From Bdellovibrionales bacterium (GTDB taxonomy: Bacteria > Bdellovibrionota > Bdellovibrionia > Bdellovibrionales > UBA1609): a stretch of 64,000 nt of DNA. Positions 25,970-33,757 of the stretch are shown piece by piece. Under the pieces are notes generated by a model. That model saw only the letters and a list, made by a program, of their open reading frames with translations. It had not been told where the DNA came from and did no database searches. Both the position numbers and the translations under genes were made by a program. Position 1 is the first letter of the stretch; every line of letters starts with the position of its first letter. The stretch lies in contig JAWLHR010000010.1 of the NCBI GenBank assembly GCA_041690295.1, positions 32,001 to 96,000 of the forward strand, given 5' to 3'.

Positions 25970-28534
25970 TTACCTGCGACCGCGGCGGATCACGCGAGCC
26001 GTGGCGTTACGAACCATGATATCCGGATCAAACTTCCTGAAGTAACGGGGGCGCGTTTCCGGAGTGAGTTCTTGTCCGCGTTGGGCGAGACGGTTTCGAA
26101 TCTGGTTGAGCCGGTCGTCACGCCACTTATCGCCTTCACTCACGGCGCGGGCGTAGATCTTGTTATCGGCGATCACGAAATCAAAGCGTCCGTCTTTGAA
26201 GTCCACCAGCACGACATCGCCGGATTTGAATTTACGGCTGACCGCCAGGTAATCCACGGGCGCCCGGATCTGTCCTTTAATTGTATTCACGATTCTTCGC
26301 GCGCCTTCGGTGGGACTGTAGGCCCGTTTCAACGCTTCCACCGCGGACTCGGAAAGCACGAGACGAACGCCGTCGATGAGTCGCAGTTCGCGCGCGTAAG
26401 CCTTGATTTGATCGTGGACGATTTGTTCGACCACTTCGGGCGTGTGATTGTTGGTGGTCATGATGTCGTTGAAGCGCGCGACCTCGGCCTCGCTCCACAT
26501 CGCGCGAAGCTCGGCTTTGACGGCTTCATTGCGCAGCTCGTGCAAAGGCAGATTTTCGATTCGGGAAACCAGTCCCGGCGCGTGTTCGGTGAAAAACTGG
26601 ATCAGTTCGGCGCGATTCATTTGCGTGAAACGCTCACCCGCGTTGGTGGTGAAGATCATGATACAGTCGTCGAACATGACCGTTCGGCCTTGGCCGTCGG
26701 TCAATCGCGCATCGTCCATGAGTCCCATCAACGCCCTCATCACGTTGGGATGGGCTTTTTCGATTTCGTCGAAAAGGATCACGCGGAACGGCCGCTCGCG
26801 CACGGGCTCGGTGAGTTCGCCGCCGGCTTCATAACCGACATAGCCGGGAGGCGCCCCGATGAGGCGATCCACGGAGTGCGCGGATTGATAGATGTTCATG
26901 TCGAAGCGGAGCATGTCTTTTTCAGCGATTCCCAAAGTTTTCGCCAATTGTTTGGCGAATTCCGTTTTACCCGTACCGGTACGGCCGGCCAAAAGAGCGA
27001 CCCAGATGGGCTTTCGCTTGGGTTCCTCGCCATGGAGTCGGGCCAAGGCTTCCTGACGGCGGCGGTTCTCGCGATAGGAGGCGAGAGCCAGAGCGGCCCG
27101 GTCGATAATGTGGTCCTGATTGCGAATGACGGTTTTGATCTGGTCGATGTTTTTGACCGCTTCTTCAATGTTCACGGCCAGGGCGGAAACGGGGATTTTA
27201 AGAATATCAGCGGCCACCAGTTGAATTTGTTTGGGGCCGACCATGGTCGGCGGCTTTTCGGCCTGCACGGATTCAAGTTGCACAAGCTTCAGCTCGCGAA
27301 TTCTCTCGTTGAGCTTGACGATCATTTCTTTTTCGAAGGTGGTGTCGGGCCGGTTCAAAATTCCGCGGCCTTGTTCTTTAGCCTGACGGATTTGCTCAAC
27401 TTCGGCGAGTTGCATTTCGAGAGTGGTGATCTCCCGGGCCGTGTCGGCAACCGGCGTTTGCAGTTCGCCGAGCCGTTGTTGCAATTTGGTGGCTTCCGCT
27501 TGCAATTCCGCGAGACGGCGGCTTTGTTCCGCGTTTCGCTGGATCTGCAAATCCTCGGCGATGGAGGCCATTTCCGCTTCCACCTGGGAGAGCTGGGTTT
27601 TTAGTTTCGCGGCTTCGGTGCCGTCTTGTTGTTCCGCCCGCACGCGTTGCCCGGCCTGGCGAACGAGGGTCTCGGCGAAATCAAAAGGGGAATTCGCCTT
27701 GTAACGGATCGCGAGTCGCGCGGCCTCGGTCAGCGACGCATCGGAAACGTGAATGCCCAGCTGGCGGCGAAGATCGGGCTTGATCCGGCGCAAGTGGGTG
27801 ATCACCGCATCGTAGGTGGCGGATTTAATTTCCACCGTGGTGACGCGTTCATAGATCACTTTGTTATTGAAGAAGTTTTGCGCGTGGGTTTGCGCATCCA
27901 TCTCGAGAATCATCGGCAGCTGACGGCCGCCGGCGATGGCCTCGATCAAAGCGCCGACCGGGCGGAGTTGCTCGAACGCGCCCTGGGCGAGATAGCCGGT
28001 GTTTTCGACGTAAAGAATCACCTGACCGGTGGTGGTGTTGCGAGCGGTCTGCTCCAGATGGAGGATCACGCTCTTGAGCATGCGTGTTTGATCTTCCTTG
28101 CTGCGCAACTCGAAAAACTTATCCATCTTCAGGCGGTAAACGGGATTTTGCGGGTTTTGGAGGATGTACTGGTGAACCAAAGTCGTCTTACCCGATTTGG
28201 GATCGCCGACCACAAGAGCCGTTCGGGCTTTCTCGTCCAGCGCCAACTGCAGTTGCACAAGCTCGGTTTCGCGTCCAATGGCGGGTTGGATTCGTCCCTC
28301 TTCCGCTTGGCGGAGCACCCGGTGGGTCATGTTTTCCACGTAATCTTCAGCGCCGGCCAATATTCCGGCATCCGTCAGCGTTCCCGGTGGCTGGTTGGCG
28401 GGCCGGCTGGCCCCTGTCTGAGTGGGCGGCTGAGCCCCAACCTCAAAAGACAAAAAGCTAAGCAGAAGTGCCGAGAATAGGACCGCAACGAACCCGATTC
28501 GAACCCAGGATCGAAACCAAGCGAGATTCATCAT
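25970..28534 (-). CDS. ClpB/Hsp100-like double AAA+ ATPase with N-terminal signal peptide (operon gene 1)
   Basis: IQPAIGRETE, Walker A1 GDPKSGKT, a middle coiled coil, Walker A2 GRTGTGKT, pore loop LIGAPPGYVGYE, Walker B2 VILFDEIEKAHP, LTDGQGRTV and GARRI. The N-terminus is a hydrophobic signal rather than a Clp-N domain. Confidence 0.88.
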   Translation of the reverse strand: MMNLAWFRSWVRIGFVAVLFSALLLSFLSFEVGAQPPTQTGASRPANQPPGTLTDAGILAGAEDYVENMTHRVLRQAEEGRIQPAIGRETELVQLQLALDEKARTALVVGDPKSGKTTLVHQYILQNPQNPVYRLKMDKFFELRSKEDQTRMLKSVILHLEQTARNTTTGQVILYVENTGYLAQGAFEQLRPVGALIEAIAGGRQLPMILEMDAQTHAQNFFNNKVIYERVTTVEIKSATYDAVITHLRRIKPDLRRQLGIHVSDASLTEAARLAIRYKANSPFDFAETLVRQAGQRVRAEQQDGTEAAKLKTQLSQVEAEMASIAEDLQIQRNAEQSRRLAELQAEATKLQQRLGELQTPVADTAREITTLEMQLAEVEQIRQAKEQGRGILNRPDTTFEKEMIVKLNERIRELKLVQLESVQAEKPPTMVGPKQIQLVAADILKIPVSALAVNIEEAVKNIDQIKTVIRNQDHIIDRAALALASYRENRRRQEALARLHGEEPKRKPIWVALLAGRTGTGKTEFAKQLAKTLGIAEKDMLRFDMNIYQSAHSVDRLIGAPPGYVGYEAGGELTEPVRERPFRVILFDEIEKAHPNVMRALMGLMDDARLTDGQGRTVMFDDCIMIFTTNAGERFTQMNRAELIQFFTEHAPGLVSRIENLPLHELRNEAVKAELRAMWSEAEVARFNDIMTTNNHTPEVVEQIVHDQIKAYARELRLIDGVRLVLSESAVEALKRAYSPTEGARRIVNTIKGQIRAPVDYLAVSRKFKSGDVVLVDFKDGRFDFVIADNKIYARAVSEGDKWRDDRLNQIRNRLAQRGQELTPETRPRYFRKFDPDIMVRNATARVIRRGRR

Positions 28535-28561
28535 ATGTATGCCTCCAAAGGCTTTGCTGGG

Positions 28562-28577
28562 AGCGAATGGTATGCCA
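28562..28577 (-). promoter_or_regulatory. Putative sigma54 (-24/-12) promoter of the AAA+ operon
   Basis: Minus strand TGGCATACCATTCGCT shows the GG-N10-GC spacing, 27 bp upstream of the ATG. A GGAGG SD follows. Confidence 0.55.
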
Positions 28578-28679
28578 TGCGAAAAAGGAGGTTAACCCAT
28601 TGAAATTACGGAAAGAGCAACGCCATCGGCGCGCGCCGTGGACAATTTTTGTTACAGCCGGGTAAATACTTCAGATGGG

Positions 28680-29021
28680 CTATCCCGGCGGCCAGGTCAT
28701 TTGCCGGCCACCGAGCACATGCACATGAATGTGCGGCACCGTTTGTCCGCCCTGGGGGCCGATGTTGATCACCAACCGGTAGCCGTCCTCGGAAATCCCA
28801 TGCTGGCGGGCGACCTCGGCGGCGACCCAGAGCAGGTGCCCCAGTATCGGTTTATCCTCCGGCGTGGCGTCCGCCACGGAGGGAATTTCTTTTTTCGGTA
28901 TCACCAGAAAATGTTTCGGCGCCTGCGGTTGAATGTCGACGAGTACGAAACAAAGATCGTCTTGATGGACGATCGTTCCTTGAAGTTCCCCGTTTAGAAT
29001 CCTGGTGAAAAGACTCGCCAT
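28680..29021 (-). CDS. Histidine triad nucleotide-binding protein (HinT-like)
   Basis: DIQPQAPKHFLVIPK and GQTVPHIHVHVLGGR..WPPG. Confidence 0.93.
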   Translation of the reverse strand: MASLFTRILNGELQGTIVHQDDLCFVLVDIQPQAPKHFLVIPKKEIPSVADATPEDKPILGHLLWVAAEVARQHGISEDGYRLVINIGPQGGQTVPHIHVHVLGGRQMTWPPG

Positions 29022-29030
29022 TAGAACTCC

Positions 29031-30677
29031 CTACATCTGTTTGTAATCGGGACCGCTGCCGCCTTCGCGTGGCGTCCAGCGCGGGCCGAGCACATCCGTG
29101 GCTTTGCAGTCGATGCAGTTTGGTGCGTTCACCACGAGCTTATCGCCCTGTCTTTCATACACCCCCGCGGGGCAAACATGGGAGTAAAATTCCGCCAACT
29201 CACCGCTGATGTCCTGGCCGACGATCAAATGCTGGGGAATATCATCGCGCGTTTTATTGCTCGAGAGATAAACCGCATCCACTTTGCTCAAGCCCACTTT
29301 TTCCGTGGGGAAATCCGGTTCAGCGAATTCTTTGGCCTCTTTCGCGTCTTCTTCGACGAATTGATCACCGCCCGGGAAAGCGCCACCGGTGAGAGTCATG
29401 AGCGCCGCTTTCACGCCGCCGGCGTAAAAACCGCTTTTAAAGGCCTGGCGCATATTGCGAACCTTTTTCAAATCACTCCACACGAAACTCTCTTTGAGCT
29501 CCGTATCGAACGAACTCAGCATGTTTTTGCCGGTGTCTCCCGCTTTGAGAGCTTTGAAAATGGCTCGGGCGGCGAGAATTCCCGACATCATCGCATAGTG
29601 GATGCCTTTTAAAGCGGGAACATTAACCAGTCCCACGGCGTCGCCGATCATGACCAAACCGTCGCCGACGAAGGATTTCGGTAATGAATGGATGCCGCCT
29701 TCCGGAATGGTTTTCGCGCCCCATTCGATACATTGTCCGCCTTCGAGCAAGGGAGCGAAAAACGGATGTAGCTTCATGTGTTGCAGAAGTAGGTGCACAT
29801 CCAAGCGCGGATTTTTGTAATCGAGTCCCGCCACAAGGCCGATGGCCAATTGATCATCCGCCATGGGATACATGAAGCTTCCGCCGAAACAATCCTTGGG
29901 CAACGGCCAACCCAGCGTGTGCGCGATGAAGTCCGGGGCCTTTTTAACTTTCCAAATTTCCTTAACTCCCAGGGCGAAAATCTGCGCCGATGGTCCGCGA
30001 AGATTCTGCCATTCAACGTAGGATTGCGCCAAAGGACTTCGCGTTCCATCGGAGAGCACCACCACTTGAGCCGCGATGTCCGTGGCCGGCATGGCATTCG
30101 GCCCGGGAGTTCCATCGCGCTTCAGGCCGGCCGGTGTGGTTCGAACACCCACCACACGTTGATTTTCCGTGAGTAAGGAATCAACGGGAAAGCCGGTCAT
30201 GATGTTGACGCCAAGTTCTTCAGCTTTTTGTCCCAGCCAGCGCACCACTTCACAAAGTGAAGCGATGTAAAAGCCGTGATTTTTCATCGTCGGCGGCGTC
30301 GGCATGGGAATGGCCGAAGATTTGGTGAGATATAAAACCTTTTCGCCTTGAACGGGCCGGCGAAACGGGAAATCCGAATCTTTCAAGTCAGGAAACAGCG
30401 CGCGTAATGATACGGGATTTATCACCGCTCCTGAAAGCGAATGGCCGCCAAGCGCCGAGGCCTTTTCCAGAACTCCGATTTCGATCTGAAGTTGACCATC
30501 CTCTTTGACAAGCTTGGCCAACTCAATCGCGCCGGCCAAGCCGGCAGGGCCCGCGCCCACGAAAACCACATCGAAAGGAACGACGTCGTCACCTTCGGGC
30601 TTATGTTCAATGATGAATTTTGATTTTTCCAAAGCCGGCTGAAACCGAGCCGGTATCAATTGATTCGAGCTAGGCAT
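29031..30677 (-). CDS. Electron transfer flavoprotein-ubiquinone oxidoreductase
   Basis: VFVGAGPAGLA, HSLSGAV, GAKTIPEGG, KGIHYAM and CPAGVYE..NCIDCKA ferredoxin tail. Confidence 0.9.
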   Translation of the reverse strand: MPSSNQLIPARFQPALEKSKFIIEHKPEGDDVVPFDVVFVGAGPAGLAGAIELAKLVKEDGQLQIEIGVLEKASALGGHSLSGAVINPVSLRALFPDLKDSDFPFRRPVQGEKVLYLTKSSAIPMPTPPTMKNHGFYIASLCEVVRWLGQKAEELGVNIMTGFPVDSLLTENQRVVGVRTTPAGLKRDGTPGPNAMPATDIAAQVVVLSDGTRSPLAQSYVEWQNLRGPSAQIFALGVKEIWKVKKAPDFIAHTLGWPLPKDCFGGSFMYPMADDQLAIGLVAGLDYKNPRLDVHLLLQHMKLHPFFAPLLEGGQCIEWGAKTIPEGGIHSLPKSFVGDGLVMIGDAVGLVNVPALKGIHYAMMSGILAARAIFKALKAGDTGKNMLSSFDTELKESFVWSDLKKVRNMRQAFKSGFYAGGVKAALMTLTGGAFPGGDQFVEEDAKEAKEFAEPDFPTEKVGLSKVDAVYLSSNKTRDDIPQHLIVGQDISGELAEFYSHVCPAGVYERQGDKLVVNAPNCIDCKATDVLGPRWTPREGGSGPDYKQM

Positions 30678-30723
30678 GAGACACCTTAGATTGACCTCCG
30701 GCGCCGAATCAAGCGAAACTCAA

Positions 30724-31140
30724 ATGAGCGTGGCACTGTTTCAGTTCAACAACCGAACCATTCCATACAAAATCACCCTGGCGCCGTTTGGGTTTGACTT
30801 GGTTTTGCTCCAAGGTTCCCAGCATACGGCGGATTTCTGGCTGCCCGTGCTTAAAGATTTCGAAAAAGAGCCGACCGCCGGTGGACGACTACTCACCTGT
30901 GACTGGGCCAACCCGGATGTGGAGGAAACGCGCCTGGCCGGCGATTTTTTGCGCCTCATGCAAACATTGGGAATGTCGGCGGCCCGCGTTGTAGCCTTTG
31001 ATGATGCTGTTGAAATGGTGGCGACGGCGCAACGTTTAGCGCCGGGACTGTTTGAGCGGACTTTGTTTTTTCCGCAGGGCGGGCCACAGGGCGATGAATT
31101 GAATCGAGCCGTGCGCCAACTTTGTGAACTGCCCCAATAG
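30724..31140 (+). CDS. Small hypothetical protein, truncated alpha/beta-hydrolase-like fold
   Basis: DLVLLQG..ADFW..., LLTCDW and LAGDFLRLMQTLG resemble the N-half of an alpha/beta hydrolase; no GxSxG motif. Confidence 0.5.
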   Translation: MSVALFQFNNRTIPYKITLAPFGFDLVLLQGSQHTADFWLPVLKDFEKEPTAGGRLLTCDWANPDVEETRLAGDFLRLMQTLGMSAARVVAFDDAVEMVATAQRLAPGLFERTLFFPQGGPQGDELNRAVRQLCELPQ

Positions 31141-31162
31141 CGTTGTGCGCCAAGTCTATCGC

Positions 31163-32290
31163 TCAATCGAGTAGGAAATCGGCCAAATTCACCTTCTGTC
31201 TCATCACATCGCTGTAGCCAAGATCCACCAGAGCATTGAGATATCCGGGATCAAAAGCCAAGTAGGACAAAATCTCCGCCGTTTCCTTTAAGCTTCCAAG
31301 TCCCGAAAGTAAGAATCGCAGCATATGTGGTAACCCTTCCACTTTTTCTTCCGCGATTTCCGAAAGGAGTTGGCTGGGATGGATATGCACAATGCCGAGC
31401 GGCCGGAACTGATGATCCTTTCCGGCCAGAGATAGGTTCTCATTGATGATTCTCACGCGCTCGATATCGACTTCGATGGCGTCCATGAAAATGGCGTTGA
31501 TGACCACGGACAAAACCCGGCCCAGCGTGGGTTTGATGATGGAATTGTCATCCAGTTGTTGCTCGCGAATCTTGCGCACGCCCAAGACAACCAGTTTGGA
31601 CGCGCCCACGCGGCGGGCGGGGGAAAGCGGCGCCGTGTTTCGCAAACAGCCATCGCCGTAGTGTCTGGCGCCGATCGGCCACGGGGGAAAGAAAATCGGA
31701 ATACTGGCCGAGGCCATCACATGATCAAGAGTGATTTTCGACCGCACTCCCACCCGTTGCACTCTCCGCCACTCCCTCAAATGGGGCGCGCCGGTGAAAA
31801 AGGTGACGCCCAATGAAGTGGAATAATCCAAGGCGGTGATACAGAGTGAGTTCAGATTTTTGGTTTGAACATGATATTCGATCCGGTCAAAGTGGATGTG
31901 CTCCGCGAGCAAGTCGCGAAGCGGTTCGACGTTCAAAAGTCCCATCTTGCTCGGTCGCAGCCGCTCGGAAACACCACCCAGTGAAACTCCACGCAAGAGA
32001 CGTAAGGCTGTTCGTCCCACCGTGATGGTGTCCATTTTAAAAACGTCCGACGATGTCAGGGTTCGCCACATCTGACACATGTTCTGGGTGGCCCGGTCCA
32101 GGTTATCCGCCTCGGAGGCCAGGTAGGCGGCGTTGATCGCTCCCGCGCTCACGCCCACAAGGTTGCGGAAAAGATGGAAATGACCGACCTCTTTGCAGAT
32201 CTCGTAAAGCGCGCGGATGGCGCCGGCTTGATAGGCGCCTCTCGCCCCGCCGCCCGAGAGCACAAGAGCATATTCATCTTTTTTGGTCAT
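31163..32290 (-). CDS. Patatin-like phospholipase
   Basis: LSGGGARGAYQAG, GVSAG, ASASIP and YGDGCLR. Confidence 0.92.
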   Translation of the reverse strand: MTKKDEYALVLSGGGARGAYQAGAIRALYEICKEVGHFHLFRNLVGVSAGAINAAYLASEADNLDRATQNMCQMWRTLTSSDVFKMDTITVGRTALRLLRGVSLGGVSERLRPSKMGLLNVEPLRDLLAEHIHFDRIEYHVQTKNLNSLCITALDYSTSLGVTFFTGAPHLREWRRVQRVGVRSKITLDHVMASASIPIFFPPWPIGARHYGDGCLRNTAPLSPARRVGASKLVVLGVRKIREQQLDDNSIIKPTLGRVLSVVINAIFMDAIEVDIERVRIINENLSLAGKDHQFRPLGIVHIHPSQLLSEIAEEKVEGLPHMLRFLLSGLGSLKETAEILSYLAFDPGYLNALVDLGYSDVMRQKVNLADFLLD

Positions 32291-32304
32291 TGTTCCATTA
32301 TGTC

Positions 32305-33165
32305 TTAGAAATCCGCGATCAGTTCAACTAGTTCAGGGTGATCAATGAACGGATTTCGAACTTTTTGCTCGGCGAAGATGGCATCGTTGCGCCGCCTCTC
32401 ATTTTCATCGGCCGGATCGGCACGGTGCCAAGCCCTAAGACTGGCTTCCTCCGACGGTGAGACGGCGGCTTGATAGCGAACGGCGAAGTAAAAAATCGCC
32501 CGGGCCACGTTTCCTTTGTGATCATCCGGCGGTTCAAAATAAACCTGGCGGTCGCCGGATTGGCTATAGCCGCGCCGCGATTGCACGGGACATGGCGAAT
32601 GGAGCGTGGTTACGACCGTGTTGAACTCGAAATTACTTCGCGCGGAGTTGGCCGCCGCCAACGCGGGAAACAGAATGTGCAAATCCGATTTCTGCATGCT
32701 TTTTGAGAATCTCGGATTAAACCGGCTTTGCGGCCATGTGTGTTCCACATTTAAGATTTTGGGATCGGGAATTTGTCCCGGACCCGGCGGGCGGCTTTCG
32801 TACTCGCTTTCCCGGGAAAGATACTGGCAGTAAACGTCCCGGATGGCGTATTCGTTTCCGACTTTTTCCAGGTGCAACTGTCCGAAAAGGATCTTGCGGG
32901 CGTCCGTGTAGGACAAGGCCGTGTGCTGATAACAGCGGGATTTGGAATGACAACTCTTCGCCAGTTGGTCGTGTTCGCCGGCTTTCACGAGATGAGCGGA
33001 ATCGAGGATGGCGAAGAGCCAGCCTTTTAGGTCCTCATCTCTTTCACCACTCGCCACACTTTCATAAAAATCTTGTGGGTAATAGGTTAGTGGATTTTGG
33101 AGATTGAGGGAGTGAGCGGATAGGCCGTGAAAGAGCGTGAGGACAATGACGTAAATCAGATTCAC
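32305..33165 (-). CDS. Secreted endonuclease I family nuclease
   Basis: Signal peptide; NVEHTWPQS, DLHILFP..N..RSN, KGNVARAIFY and RNPFIDHP. Confidence 0.9.
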   Translation of the reverse strand: MNLIYVIVLTLFHGLSAHSLNLQNPLTYYPQDFYESVASGERDEDLKGWLFAILDSAHLVKAGEHDQLAKSCHSKSRCYQHTALSYTDARKILFGQLHLEKVGNEYAIRDVYCQYLSRESEYESRPPGPGQIPDPKILNVEHTWPQSRFNPRFSKSMQKSDLHILFPALAAANSARSNFEFNTVVTTLHSPCPVQSRRGYSQSGDRQVYFEPPDDHKGNVARAIFYFAVRYQAAVSPSEEASLRAWHRADPADENERRRNDAIFAEQKVRNPFIDHPELVELIADF

Positions 33166-33183
33166 GTGACATCCTTGTGGGTG

Positions 33184-33203
33184 CGCCGCCCCGAAGAGCG
33201 GCG
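33184..33203 (-). other. GC-rich stem-loop with cUUCGg tetraloop in the intergenic leader of the nuclease gene
   Basis: Minus strand CGCCGCTC-TTCG-GGGCGGCG. Confidence 0.5.
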
Positions 33204-33250
33204 TTTATCCTCGGCTCACGTCCTGTAAGCCACCAAGTCTTAGGTCCGGA

Positions 33251-33631
33251 TTAATTACAGCTGAAACCGGCGTTGGACAGATTCGTCTTAATGCGCTCGA
33301 CGAGCCCTTCGCAATGGGCGGTGCCATTCATGCTGGAGCCGACGACGTTTTCCTGTCCAAATTTCGTGTAAACGGTTTCACAACCGCCGTCTTTCGCGCG
33401 AACTTCCATCGTGCGGGTTTCACCGCCAAGTTTACACTCGACCTTCGCGCCGGTGGATGCGCTGGCCGCGGGTTTCGCCGCTTCTTTTTTATCTTCAGCC
33501 TTGCCCGCTTTCTGGTCTGACGCCTTGGCAGCGGGTGCGGGAGCCGGAGCCGGTGCGGCGCCGTCTTTTTTCTTGGACGCGCAACCGATGGAAAGCAATG
33601 TGGCAGTACCAATGATGAGTGCGATTCGCAT
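33251..33631 (-). CDS. Small lipoprotein (hypothetical)
   Basis: Lipobox-like SIGC, Ala/Pro/Lys linker and a four-Cys C-terminal domain ending GFSCN; GGAGG SD. Confidence 0.75.
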   Translation of the reverse strand: MRIALIIGTATLLSIGCASKKKDGAAPAPAPAPAAKASDQKAGKAEDKKEAAKPAASASTGAKVECKLGGETRTMEVRAKDGGCETVYTKFGQENVVGSSMNGTAHCEGLVERIKTNLSNAGFSCN

Positions 33632-33757
33632 TTGTATCCTCCGTTATCCGGTTTTAATTGGAATTCATGAACAAGTGTATGGGCGGGTCGCGGCTAAGTC
33701 AAAAGTTCCCTCGCTAAAAGTCGCGTGCATTTGTGTGTCCAAAATTCCGATTTATAA

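Noticed and set aside
25889..28480. Long plus-strand ORFs (571 aa and 284 aa) opposite the Clp ATPase
   Set aside because: These are antisense shadow frames of a strongly codon-biased gene. They have no motifs, and the minus strand carries clear AAA+ signatures.
25970..28534. Calling the ATPase housekeeping clpB or T6SS clpV
   Set aside because: There is no Clp-N domain, NBD1 is degenerate, a signal peptide is present and there are no tss genes in the window. The symbol is withheld.
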